Assembly: GCA_051362555.1 (NCBI GenBank)
Contig: CM120641.1
Location: 16,802,001 to 16,866,000 of the forward strand
Direction of reading: 5' to 3'
Source: Lingula anatina
Taxonomy: Eukaryota; Animalia; Brachiopoda
Length of the DNA: 64,000 nucleotides
The notes beneath the pieces were generated by a model. It had not been told where the DNA came from and did no database searches. It worked only from the letters and a program-made list of their open reading frames with translations. Below are positions 1-13,023 of this stretch, one piece after another (position 1 is the stretch's first letter; each line of letters starts with the position of its first letter). Position numbers and translations under genes: made by a program.

Positions 1-1601
1 CGTTTGGTCTAACTATACTTGATATATATATCGATTCTTACTATTTTGGGGGTGCAAAAGTCATTTTTGATATTGTTATGGTGATAGTAGGTGATTTGAA
101 GGAACAAAGAGGGTGTTTTAAGTGCCTACCAAGATATGTGTGAACGCTGCAAAACCATGGATATTAATAACCCGTATTCAAATATATCTCAATGCAATTT
201 TTTGTTATATACCATCGCTATTGGACTATATTATGAGCAAAAAAACCCCTCATTTTTACCATTATTGAGGCCATTGTGGCCGTTTTGTCCTTCAAATCCA
301 AGATGGCCGCCAAAAACCATTTTGAAATTGGGCATAATTCGCTATTTTGAAACTATATGTATTACATCTTTGTAGATGAGTAATACGTCGTTTTATATTA
401 TTTTCTGGTGCAGAATACATTATCTGTTTCATGAAATGTGAGTACAAACTATTTTAGCCTCCAAAATCAATATGCATGTAGGCTTAAGTTGTCAAATAGT
501 CTAATTAGTACATGTAGTCTAATTAGTACAAAATGTTTTATTAAATCCTAAAGAGCTTGAAACAAGCGTCAAAGACCAAAATGGCTTAATTAAAGGTAAA
601 GAATACATACTTGATGCTTTGGAGACAATTGGTAGCCATTTTGATCCTCAAATCCAAGATGGCCGCCAGTCACAATTTTGAAATACGGGTAAGGCATAAC
701 TCATCAATTTGAAGCTATTGCTCTTACACTAGCATGTTATACATCGTTTCTTATCATTTGGGTTGTAGAAGTCGTGTCTTATCTCTTCTGAGATATAATA
801 CAAAAAGAAAATATTACAAGGCTCCAACACCAATACAGGCTTACGTCTTCACCTTCGCTTGTATACGTCTTAAAGTCAAATTTGTGCAAAAATATGTTAT
901 ATAACAATTATAAAATGGTTTTGCCAGACATAGATTAAGTGCAAGAGACCAGCATGGCTGTTTCGACTTTATGGTGACTACTGTTAGCTATTCTGTTCTT
1001 CATATCCAACAGCCTGTCACTATTTTCAAATTATGGCATAATTTACCTTTTTGAGCTGTTGGACTTTCATATATGATCGTAATACATCAATTGATACTAT
1101 TTTGGAAGTACGTAATTAATTTCCGGTGTTATTCTGGTGACAGAGGATAATAACAAAGGCATAAGGTGTTTTAAGATGATTCCAAGATGAATTTTCCTGT
1201 AGTTGTCATATACTGTAGATGTTTTGTGCTTGTTCGTCCATTGGAAACAATGAGAACTATGTAGTTGCCTTATGGATTACTATTGGTAGTGAGATGACTT
1301 GGCCAAATCATGCTAGGAATGATCACTGGCACTGTCAACTAGGAAAAGAGGCTGCTTCCTCGACTTTTTTGCTTTATCCCTCTTGCCTACCTGCGCAGCT
1401 GCTGCTTTCTAGTTGGTTTTGCAGATTCCTTCTTTTGTATAAAGATACCACTTTCCTCTGATGCGACATGTTCTCATGCATTGATGTTTCTCTGGAAACT
1501 GGATTTTTATATATTGTTTGGCTGTTTCTCATAGGACACTGACAAAACCTCAATTCTTACTGGCTGTTGTCTTATTGGCCTACCAGAGCTGATCATGCAT
1601 G

Positions 1602-1634
<33 letters not shown>

Positions 1635-3362
1635 GCTGCTGGATGATTTTGCAGACAAGATCTGGAGCTATTTTAAAGCAAAGTCCATTTGCTTGTCTTT
1701 CACGGGCATTTTCGCATCAATACAACTAACCAAGTTCTATAGTATTATAAGACGACACATTTTTCACCCTTCAAATTTTCTGGATTATATTTAGCATGCA
1801 AATGCAAGCCCCAGTGACTGGGACATAAATGTACATGTGGCTTTTTGGTTCACATTGACCAGTAAAAGATTAATAATATAATACCACTATGTATATATAT
1901 TTATTGCTTACCTTTAAATTATTCAGTATCTTTTAGTGGATGGTCACTTAAGATAAATCTAGATGATATATTTGAGCATGTGGTTCGGGTTCCACATTTT
2001 TGTTACAGACTCAACGAAACTCATCTTGGAATTTATTTTACAACCTTATATTACAGTACCTTTTTATTATCTTCTGTCACCAAATTAGCACCGGAAAATT
2101 ACTTTTGAGCCCCCAGAATAGTACCATTTTACCTAATACAAGCCCACAGTTCAAAGGTTATAAATTACACCAAATTATTAAAATAGCGGCATGCAACCAA
2201 CACTTGGTTTTGATCAAAATAATGGCTAACAATTATCCTCATGCGGTCAAAGATGTATTATTTTGCTTTAATGCAGCCATTTTGTTTGCTGACACTTGTT
2301 TTATTGTTCGGGCAAAAGCAGTTTTGAACTAATTGGATTACTAATTGTACATATAAACTGCAGGCCCATGTGGCGACTGAATCCCATATTTATTTGGAGG
2401 CTTATAAAAGTTTCTATTTACATTTTATGAAACCGAAAATGCATTCTGCACCAGGAAATAATCAAAAATGACGTATGGCACGCTTATGAAGGTGTGATAG
2501 TTTCAAAATGGTGAATAATGCTCAATTTGAAAATGGCGTATGAGGGTCATCTTGGATTTGAGGCACAAACTTTATGAAACAAATAATGTATTCTGCACCA
2601 GAAAATAATATAGAACGACGTATTACTCATTTACAAAGATGTAATACATATAGTTTCAAAATTGCGAATTATGCCCAATTTCAAAATAGTTTTTGGCGGC
2701 CATCTTGGATTTGAGGGAGAAAACGGCCACAATGGCCTCCATAATGGTAAAAATGAGGGGTTTTTTTGCTCATAATATAGTCCAATACCGATGGTATATA
2801 ACAAAAAATTGCATTGAGATATATTTGAATATGGGTTATTAATATCCATGGTTTTGCAGCGTTCACACATATCTTGGTAGGCACTTAAAACACCCTCTTT
2901 GTTCCTTCAAATCACCTACTATCACCATAACAATATCAAAAATGACTTTTGCACCCCCAAAATAGTAAGAATCGATATATATATCAAGTATAGTTAGACC
3001 AAACGCTTCAAAATTCAACATAAAATAGCAAAATTATGTCCACTTTCAAAATGGCGGGTGGCGGCCATCTTGGATTTGAGGCACAAAATGGCCACCAATT
3101 GCTTCCAAATGATCAAAAATGGGTTCCTTGTCCCTAATTTAGTCAGGTTTGATAATCTATACATGTTTCTAGGCCAAATATTAATGGAAATATGAAATAT
3201 TATATATTTTGGCACCTAATTTGCATAATTTATGCTAATTAATGTATCGATAGAGGGCGTCTCTTTGGATAAAAAATTTTCTTTTGGCCCAAGGAACATT
3301 TATGCCAAGTTAGACATTTGTACTATAAAATGCAGCGTTTGACCTCTTAACAAGCCTACTAG
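1..3362. mobile_element. Foldback-like / long-TIR non-autonomous DNA element; left arm truncated by the window edge
   Basis: Bases 1-~430 are a near-identical reverse complement of ~2575-3005 (cgtttggtctaactatacttg... versus ...caagtatagttagaccaaacg). More diverged inverted homology continues inward (~430-560 versus ~2320-2460). An internal subrepeat aaatccaagatggccgcc or its reverse complement recurs at ~295, ~651, ~2548, ~2695 and ~3061. No intact transposase is present, and the right boundary is approximate. Confidence 0.7.
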
Positions 3363-3437
3363 GAGCGATGGCCGTGGAAATGGTACTCATTTGTTGAGTT
3401 TTTCTTGCTCCCTGTGTACGTGGCACACACTCACCAA

Positions 3438-3626
3438 GGGGTGCATTCCCTAGATTTAGATCGATCCAGAGATTTAGATTTAGATCGACCTAACTCCCTG
3501 GGGGTTCACGCTAAATTGCAGTCAGCCGAGCGCGCACCATAACCACGATTGAGCCGGCTAAGCTGACAGTAATCTAGTGAGACTCCCCACAGGGATAGAT
3601 CGTTCTAAAATCTTTGGGAATGGGGT
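3438..3626 (+). mobile_element. MITE family A, copy 1
   Basis: Termini cattccc(t)agatttagatcgat ... tctaaaatctttgggaatg. The core tagatcgacctaactccctgggggttcacgctaaat is shared with copies at ~56.43 kb and ~62.76 kb. Confidence 0.75.
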
Positions 3627-3842
3627 CTAGGTCCCAACCATGTTTAAACGCACGGTTTTTAGGTTCCTTGAGTCCGGCTAGGACGTAGCTAGATCGCACG
3701 TAGCGGCTGTTGATCATGTCGAAAAGTTTCTACGTGCTGTTTGCGTCCTCCAGAAGTCGCACGATGGACGTGCTCCTCACGTTCGAACTCCCACGCTTTC
3801 CCCATTTTTTTAAGCCGAAGATCACACGTAGCAACCCGTACG

Positions 3843-3995
3843 TTCGGTTGGAACCTAGGCTTTACGAAGGGAATGCAACACACGGCGGAAGTAGTGCCCT
3901 TTTGCGTCAGTTTTTGCTGTTCGGTTGGAACCTAGGCTTTACGAAGGGAATGCAACACACGGCGGAAGTAGTGCCCTTTTGCGTCAGTTTTTGCT
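3843..3995. repeat. Direct tandem duplication, 2 x ~77 bp
   Basis: ttcggttggaacctaggctttacgaagggaatgcaacacacggcggaagtagtgcccttttgcgtcagtttttgct occurs twice back to back. Confidence 0.9.
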
Positions 3996-6900
3996 TCACA
4001 CTTGCCTCACACGTTTGTGGTGACGTATTGACGGCGTACGTCAGTTTTGCTTCCTGTGCTCCTTTTCTTGCTTCTTCCTCCTCCCTTTTTTCTACTTTGT
4101 AAGCTTCTTTCTCTTGCCTTTTGGAAGTATATTAAAAATAAATTGAGCAATAATTTGAAAAAAATTGAAAATTGTTGCACACGTTACACAGTCGACGTTC
4201 ATTGTAAAGAGACGAGCGTGCGTCGTGAGCACGCCTTTTATACACCAGGCGTGGGGGTGACGCACGTGCGACGCATTCCCGGTGTGCTCTCGACTTTATT
4301 CGTTAGTTGTGAGGGCGTGCGCCTTACTCAACACACAAAGGGCACTTGCTCCTTCATTGCCTGCGACGTGGGTCTTGCACAACGCTCGTCTCTCTTGCTA
4401 ACTCCGTACGATGGGAGCAACTTACGATTGTGGCCTCGCTGTTCGCAGGCTATTCGTAGAAACTTTTGCACGTGTCCAGCATCCTCCGTGAATTTTTACT
4501 GTCTAAAATGTTTTTATTCTGAGCTTTTTCTCATGGGATGCCTTGTGTAAAAAGCAAAGTTGTTATAAAGGGGGAACGTTACGAAGAGAAAATATATAAG
4601 TATTTATTACAGTGAAATTGGTAGAATAATTAAAATATTGATAATTTTACGGAACAATAATTCATATTAGTAGATTTATAAGTTATGTTTATGTCACCCA
4701 AACAATCAAATTTACAACTGTTCTTTATTCTTTTGATAGTAAATAATTAGGTTTCAGCGTTTTGGTCGGGTCACGCAAATGTTATATGTGCGCTATTTGG
4801 TATGTTTTGATTAAAAATGGAGGTAACACAACCGGTTTTTACTGCACTGTCCTGGCCTATGTATGTGTGATTATTATATGTATTTCCCTTTGAAAGGCTC
4901 AGCCGCTGCTTCAAATGTAAGTGATATGGGTGTGCGTTTTAGGGGCGGGGAGGGGGGCATTCTTTCCATATTTACTGGTTTATTGGACCCCTTCCCTAAG
5001 CAGTCGGTACAATGGACTGGTTTCATAACAAAGTTATTACATAATTCGTTATTATGTCACAGTCTTGGAGGACACGCGCACTACAGTTCTATTCCTATGC
5101 GTTTAAATAAAAGTATCAGTCATTATTGTTCGTTAAATTAGAGTCAATTCAAAAGTACAAGGTGGGTCAAGGCTTCTATCCGGGTCGGTCGAATGTTTTT
5201 TAATGTTTCTGATGAGCTACGTTGTGTACTACAGCGGTATAGAGCTTGGACGAATTGCTTGTCCACACTGAGAGGGACCTGTTCCCTTGGAGGGTATTTT
5301 AGCTGTCATTAGGCCACCACGTTGCCTTTGTTTTCGATCTAACTTAAGTATCTAGCATGTAAGGTCAAAAACTGAGGCAATCCAGGAGCAACAGTGGTAG
5401 ACTACCAACCATCGATTAGTAATATGGATCGAGCAATTGTGACAAATACTAGTACATGTAGACCACTGAAGCGGCAAATTGAAGATGTATATTTGCAAAT
5501 ATCTTCACTACATACTGCCCTCGACCTACACTTAAATATATAGCCCATTATACATTATATATGAATGCATATAAGCGCACATAGTGCACTGGTATAGTGT
5601 CAATACTGGACAATTTCTCTACTTGAAATAGGCAACGCTGACAGAAATGAAGCCGAGTGTTTGAAGGGAAGATACATAAATACGTTACCTCACTTCCTCA
5701 GCTTTATTTTGAATCTTCAGAAATGTCTCATCCGACTAATTTGAGTCCGATTATCCTGAAAATTTTACAGCCTGATGTCAGTGGTTGTTGACTGGTGAGC
5801 TTGTTTAAATGCACCAGAGAATCGCAATGGCACTTTAGTATTTGGTACACATCATTTCTCCCACGGACGAGTCTAAATTCGTGGACCTGTCTCCCCTTGT
5901 CCCTCTGTGTGTGGATTATACAATGTATAGGGACGTGTTTATCCAAGTGAAAATTGACGTCCTAAAAGCAAGGGCAAGTCACTTACATAATCACCGAGTG
6001 TCGTGAATAATGTAACTACAAGATGAATAAATCCGAATAATGCAAGAAATGTCATTTTCTATAGTATTCTCTTTGCCCGCAAGGTCCGTGCAGAAGGATT
6101 AATCCAGATTTAGCTTACATTTCCATTTGGATTGTGTATACAAAATTCTTTACCACAATTTGAGAGTTACATGAACTTGGCGCGTGCTTCATAAAAATTT
6201 GCTATAAGATAATTTTCTCATTGTTTGGGCGGAAACCATGGATCTAGAACCCCAAATATTATCTAAAATTGTAGGCACCAAGTTGTTTCATTTCCCTTCT
6301 CTTTTTTATGTCAAACCATCCTTTATTGTCTTTTCGCCGTATCGGACTGAAAACAATTGGGTTACTTTTTTCGTCTTTTACTTGCTGACATTTCTTAACG
6401 AAGTAATCGACTAATTAACGGTCGACGTTCTAGTCTGCGCTCATTTTCTCCATAAAATCAACCGCCAGAAGGTAAATTTGACACGAGAGATATTATCAAA
6501 GGGTTTGCTATTCTCGTGATACTGTAGCGTCCGAGTACAAGAATGAGTTTCCGTTTGTTATATAACTTGCATTCGGACGTCAATCAGTTTGGTTCGTGTA
6601 AGTATCACAAGTGAAAATCTTCACAAGAGGGTCCCATTGGGGGATGGGGGGGGGGGGGTTACCAAGAGTGACCACACTTCACGGGAAATAAAATCATCAA
6701 ATCACATATTATTGTTAATAAAACTTTTTTCGTAACTCATAGAAAATGCAAGTCCGGCGAGTTGTAAATCACATATAATCGAGTACAATAATTTCGTTTC
6801 ACGAAGGACAAATAATAAAAAAGCTGCATTCACAAGCCATGGAAGTGAGCTGCTTCACGGATCATTAAGATCATTCCTCTACCGGTACGTGTCAGATACA

Positions 6901-7830
6901 TAATCTCCAGCTCTCAACTGTTAAATCACCCTATTGTAGTGAACGTTATAATGGACGCCGGTTTAAAGCTGTCATTAATGCTGTGTTGCCCTCCCCCCTG
7001 CAGGGAGTTGACATGCTCATGAGCGTGGGAACAGAACGACTCTTATAGAACCCATTATAGCATTCCCTTTGCTAGTCAGGACTGTTCAGGGAGGAATAAT
7101 CCAGATAAGGGCTATATTTACATGGGTTTTCTATACAAAATTCTTGACTACAATTTACAGTTATATATACTTTTTAAAACAATGTTTATTCATAGGAAAT
7201 GGAGGCAAAGCGCTAAAAGCATTAGATGCTCCCCGTGTAGAACAAAATTAACGCACACAACTAAATACAAACATTAGAGATCAGATTTCAGTACTTTGTG
7301 TACTTGGGGCATGGCTCAACTGTAAAATCACCCTAATATTGTAGTGAACGTTATAATGGACGCCGTCTGTGTTGTACTCCCCCCCCTCGCCGCAGGGAGT
7401 TGACAGGAGCAACTGGACTAACAAAGGGGTTTCACTTGACACAACTATCCAACCGACCTCTTCCATGATTTTCCAAAATAATTTTAACTTCCATAAACGC
7501 CGGCTCAAATGACAAGGGCTACAGTGATATTTCAACTTCATATTCAGTAACTTTATTTTATTTGACATTTGTACAGTGATCGACGTTGAAGTAGATTTCC
7601 ACTACTAGTATATCGAAAAAATTATGTACATTGAATATGCAATATATAAAGCACGAGTCAAAAAGGTGCACTTGAAATACACGAGTAGGGAGCAAAGTAT
7701 GGGTGGACTTGATACAGCTGACATTTAATATAGAATATTGTTTCCAAATTATTTTTCTTCGATTATACCCTTTTGATAATCTCTCCAGTGTCACATCAGT
7801 TCTTCAATTTAATTCATCGATGAAGTATTA

Positions 7831-7862
<32 letters not shown>

Positions 7863-9378
7863 CCTGGTTTTTAGTTATAAATAGACCATTGAATGCGTTA
7901 TTTGGATCTCCATATTTCGAAATTATCAACTGTTACACGTCACATGGTGACGATCAGATTGTGACCATCTTTTGTTGCTTTACAGGCTAGGCTCTCTACC
8001 CAACAAATTTTTACAGAACAACATTTATTTATTTCATAGTTTTATGAAGCAAAATATCCATCACTAACAATAGCTTGAAGTCACTTGGTCATCCAATATT
8101 CAGATTTCATCGGTCAGATTTCATCGGTCAAAAACCCTTGCCGATAAACCCTTGCGAACCAGTTCGTGGAGGTCCGAAGCCAGCAATTTCATAAGGGTGG
8201 TTCTTTTTCCATGAAAACTTCATGTACCTAGATCAAATTCTACTCTTTTTCTGACAAAGAGGGGTGTTCTTTCGAAACACCCATTCCCCTGGCTACGGGC
8301 TTGACGTAAATAATGTAGCTCATTTATCGGCAAGGGTTTTTGGCCTCTATTTCCTCCCTTCCTCATTTACCCCTTCTCCTGTTTAGTGGCGCCCTCTACG
8401 AGCGCTGTTGTTTTTCACGCGGCAAATCATAAACCAGATGAGTTGCGAGCGTGGCAACCCAATCTAAGATTGATTGCTGTTTAGTTATTATTATTATTGT
8501 TGAAAAACGTTTTCAGAGTCACTTGAATGAATGCTGGGTAATGAAAGTTTGTGTGAGTATTTGTAATTTAATTTGATTTTATACTTATATACTGAAACAT
8601 GTATCTACTGCATTTCTTTGTTCGTTCAAGAAGTTTCTTATGCATTTACCTTGATTACGTAATTTAAGCTTTTTGCATTATTATTGTTACCTTCATCATT
8701 GTAATTCTTTATTTAATTATAAGTTCATCATACAATAGGTTAATAAACGACTATTCCTACCGTTCTCGGTCAGTTGTTTAACAGATGTAGTCTATTTATT
8801 CAGTTGTCTCTGTACAATACACATGAAACATGGACTATCTTATCTTGTGGACTGAAAAGCGAATGAAGGTTTTCTCATATCACTGTCAAATCCATCAACT
8901 GCTCAATCGGTACAAGGAATTATCCCCTCTAATTCCTTGGCCAGTATCACCAGTTCTTCCATCAGAATGGTTGGCATTCTAGTATAAAAAGTGCTTTTGC
9001 TTCATTACAGTTAAATAGCAATACCTTGTACTTGTAGCACCACCAAAAGCACTAGTACTCCTTTTAACATTTAGGTCTTTATTTCAATGGGAGTTACAAT
9101 ACACAAGATGCTAGCATCTTTACAGCCTTTAAACATTAATGGTTTGTTAAGTAATCGGCAAAATAAAACGATTCGTAAGGTGAGTTTCTAAAGCATACTT
9201 TACCGTTTAATCAAGATCTCCTTCAGACTGATAGATGAAAAATGTAATCTGTAAAAAACACGGAGTTACTGTAGGATGACATAAAACAAGGCGGATCAGC
9301 AAAACGACACATTTCAAACTTGGTAACATAAGTGCACAAATCAACATGGCTTCGAAATTCGCCGAATTGTAGGCAGGC

Positions 9379-9794
9379 TTAGGGCTCGCTAATTGTGCAG
9401 TTGGAATCGGTGTGGGCCATGATCATTGGTTTAAACTGAACCAGCATGACGAAGTACGTCACAAATATCCCGAAAAGCTGTAAAACAAAAGATGAAAAAA
9501 CGGTAAATAAAGGCACGTGGGGCATACTGTGTAGTAACGGAATACAATTTATGTCTGATAACTACTAATTAATCCAAATGACTTAGTTAAACACTGGTAT
9601 TTTGGATATGACGGTTTGGCCTTATATAATGAATTTCGATGGCAACGACATGAGTTTAAAAATGTACACATGTTTTATTGTTTTTTTGCAATTGGGTTAG
9701 TACAAGTACATTTTGGTATTAAGCGTTAAGTAGCGTAAGCATAATCAAATGCAATTTCATTAAGTATGTTACGTCAGTAATTCCACCTATAGTT

Positions 9795-9829
<35 letters not shown>

Positions 9830-11125
9830 CAAGTGAAAAAAATCTGGGTCCAAGAAGAGCTTAACGTTTTCATTTTGCAGTACACTTGCTTTGATGATTG
9901 CTAAATTGCTAAAATTGCGGACGCTGTAGTACGTCAACACGGGACATTACCGTTAAAAGTGTTGGTCGGTCGATGACAAACATTCTGTAAGCACTAAATC
10001 CTATAGGGTCTCCTGACAGCTTGGACATAAAGATCTGCAACTAGACAGAAAAGTAACATTCAGCCTTAAGCTGCGTTCGGGTCGCTTAAACCCAGTGCGA
10101 GATTCATGGATGTCGGGTTCTAGATTTTAAATAAGTCCACAGAGCACGTGTTCTAATTCCCCCCCCCCCCCCCCTGCATACACACCTCGAGTGTTCATTC
10201 TGTCATCTTGCAAACCGTCTGCTAATGAGGAGAAAGACTGAACTTTGTTAACCATGGTATGAACAAGCCGCATATACACTGTATCTGTGTAAAATGCTAA
10301 TCGCTAAATAATGTTGGGCTGCCACCGTTCAATCTATATTTCTTGTTGCATATGTTTATCACATGAAGGGAGATGCTAGAATACTATCAAATAAACCGTT
10401 AAGGCGCAGTAAACGGAAGCATATATAATCACTGATATAACCTGCTACAATATAATCAAATGACAACCTTAACAACCAACGGAATATGTTTTTGAAATAT
10501 TAATTTAATAGTATGTTTCTGTGAATATGTTTGGAAATACCCATTCAGGTCAAATGAAACTGTAGTCTCTCTGTGCAGGCTTATGTACATGTACATTAGT
10601 ATTAAACAAGGGTTTTTTGCCTGATGAACAAGAGAAACATTGGATGCTAATACCTTTATTAATGTCTTTTCCTTTTCAATCTTATTCAGTTCTATTGTGT
10701 GTAGTTCGTCAAGTGAAGCGTGTGCCTGAAAGAAAAAATTAATTAAAAAAACACTAAATGTAGATTTTTACATTCTGTGTACGCACTGTGAATTTAATGA
10801 ACGTGCTTTATGAGATTTGGTGGGAACAGAGCGACTCTAAATAGAACCCATTAAAGTTCCCATTGAGGTCTAGCAAGGAGTTCTAGTTCTGTCAAAGGGG
10901 ATTACACACTACGGGGTGGAGCCCATATGCCGGTTTCTCATTGAGTAATCTCCTTTTGTTAGAACTCCTTGCTTCAAGCAAGGGCCAGTCACATATATAA
11001 ATAGGGGTGACATAACCACGGAGGACCCTGAATAATACGCGTCTTATATGTACTTAGGGCGTGCCTCAAAAGAAGTTGTTATTATATAATTTTCTCATTG
11101 TTTGGGCGAAAACCATGTATCTAGA

Positions 11126-11158
<33 letters not shown>

Positions 11159-13023
11159 AGGAAGACAGTTTTCTTCTTTTTAAATAGCAACAAGACAAAT
11201 GAATAGAAGCCGTATTTTGCTCGAATTTGTACTTAAAGCGAAGAAACAAGAAATTAAGACTGACACATTGAACGAAATGCAACCTATCAACTTACTGAAT
11301 GAGACGTCCTTTTTAGTAAAATTTTTAGTGTTAATTCATGTAGCAACAAAATTAATCTGTGATGAGCGTTTTACCGCAAAGCAATGTTCATTTATTAAGC
11401 TTACACTTATCTGTCATGATAACCTTTTTAAAGACCGGCTTAAAATTTGAATGGCCTACATTTAAAGGTTAATATCGAATCATGAAAATTCAATTTTCTC
11501 GAAAAAATGTAAACTTTTTCTGAAAGTCAAAACTTATGCAATCTAAGAAGGTACACAATGAACGATTTATATAAGAAAAGTTAATTTTCCAGGAAATTTC
11601 AACAATTTTCCCTAAATCACCAAGGTATACTTTATACAAGGTATACCGTTCACAAATATGCAACTCATACGGTCTTTTGAATTTTAATTATCTTCTAGTT
11701 TTTGAGTCTATTCTTGTTACGGATATTCAGCCTGTTGAATTGCACTCTGGAATTGGAAATGTAGATCTCAAAAACGGGTTTATGGTTTGCAATTTTTTCA
11801 ACAGTTTTGGTTAGGCCGTACAGTGTACCTTGGTAATAAAGGGTGAAATGCTGAAATTTCTAGTTTTCTTTTTTCATTAAGTTCTAACGCACAAAACACG
11901 CCTTAAAATGATATGACATATTATAACATACTTGTATATTCACGGACCCCCCTCCTACTGCAATGGTGGTCGCGTTAGCGACAGCGACTATCAACCACAT
12001 AGAGACAGCCGCCAAAGATTCAAACGCTGCTCCTCTTTGCACGAGGTCGATGAACATGTAGAGCAAGAGGCAGGTTCCCAACAAGTTCACTGCCATACTG
12101 GTTCCGATGAGAACCGTAAATGTGTCGTCGGCAGTTGCCATCAGTTTACAAATTTTGAGATGCCTGTTCATGTACACATCGACATCAAAATCATTTGAAG
12201 TTTCATTGAATTGCCGAACCGCTCTTTTGAGACTTCGGTTAAAGTCTCGATACATCGAATGTATTACCGTTGCAACAGCATAGCATGCTACAATCGGGAA
12301 CACCCAATCTATGCATAAAAATGTAAAAATTATTGATCGAAACACTCTCAGAAGGACGTTTACTGCTGGGTGACTTGTATTTACAAACGAGTGGAAAGGT
12401 GCAAATAGCATTTCCAAACTATACAAAGCCCCTGTCGGATCCCATGTACTGTAAACATTGTAAGGCACACTCAGTAGAAAAACTGCCCACCCAATCATAG
12501 TGTACACTGCCACTCGACGTTGCAAGTACTTTTTTGTCAAAAGTTCGGGAAACTCTTCATAGATGGCGTTCCAGTGACTAAAGAATGCCGAAAAAAACCG
12601 CTTTCTACAAGCTCTAAACATAACGACAGCATTCATTACACATAAGAAGTGCCAGCTCATATAATTGATTTTTGTTATGATCAAGTGCTCTATATTTGGT
12701 GCTGAGAACATTGTAAAACGGAGTAAGAGATCGCTGAAAACAGTAGCCAAAACCCCAGCAGAGTACACCATTAAAACCGACAGCTTAGTACGCTCACGTC
12801 CTTTCAAATCCTCGTTCGTTTCGGGAGCAGCCACACGTCCGCCCTGGTCGTACCCGTAGTACAAGCCGAATATCTTCAAAGAAATGATGAGAGGCTTAAA
12901 CACATTCTGTAAAGTGACGCCATTTCTGGTGATTCCTTTCTTTTTCTGCGACGCGGAAGAAACATCCCAAACTGCTTTTGATTGTGGAATGTTTGGGTCA
13001 GTTATCACAGAGTTTCCGTCCAT
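9379..13023 (-). CDS. Gustatory receptor-like (GRL, 7tm_7 chemosensory receptor / ligand-gated channel superfamily) protein
   Basis: Large exon 13023-11932 encodes multiple TMs (LKIFGLYY...AVGGGSVNIQ). It is followed by GT-AG exons 10725-10654 (AHASLDELHTIEL...), 10040-9951 (LQIFMSKLSGDPIGFSAYRMFVIDRPTLLT) and 9477-9379 (LFGIFVTYFVMLVQF...EP*). TYFVMLVQF matches the TM7 TYhhhhhQF signature of the Gr family, and all three introns are phase 0. The frame stays open upstream of 13023, so the true start may be further 5'. Confidence 0.9.

Noticed and set aside
136-2870. Two nearly identical 79 aa ORFs (136-375 plus, 2631-2870 minus)
   Set aside because: They are mirror products of the inverted-repeat arms, with no protein motif or splice context.
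3843-3995. Direct repeats considered as a CRISPR-like array
   Set aside because: Only two adjacent ~77 bp units with no spacer, in eukaryotic DNA with no cas genes.
5690-9250. Exon-like minus-strand stretches (~5690-5960, ~7400-7500, ~8880-8980, ~9200-9248) suggesting a decayed gene
   Set aside because: They contain in-frame stops, I could build no consistent spliced ORF, and I recognise no domain. A pseudogene cannot be supported without a homology search.
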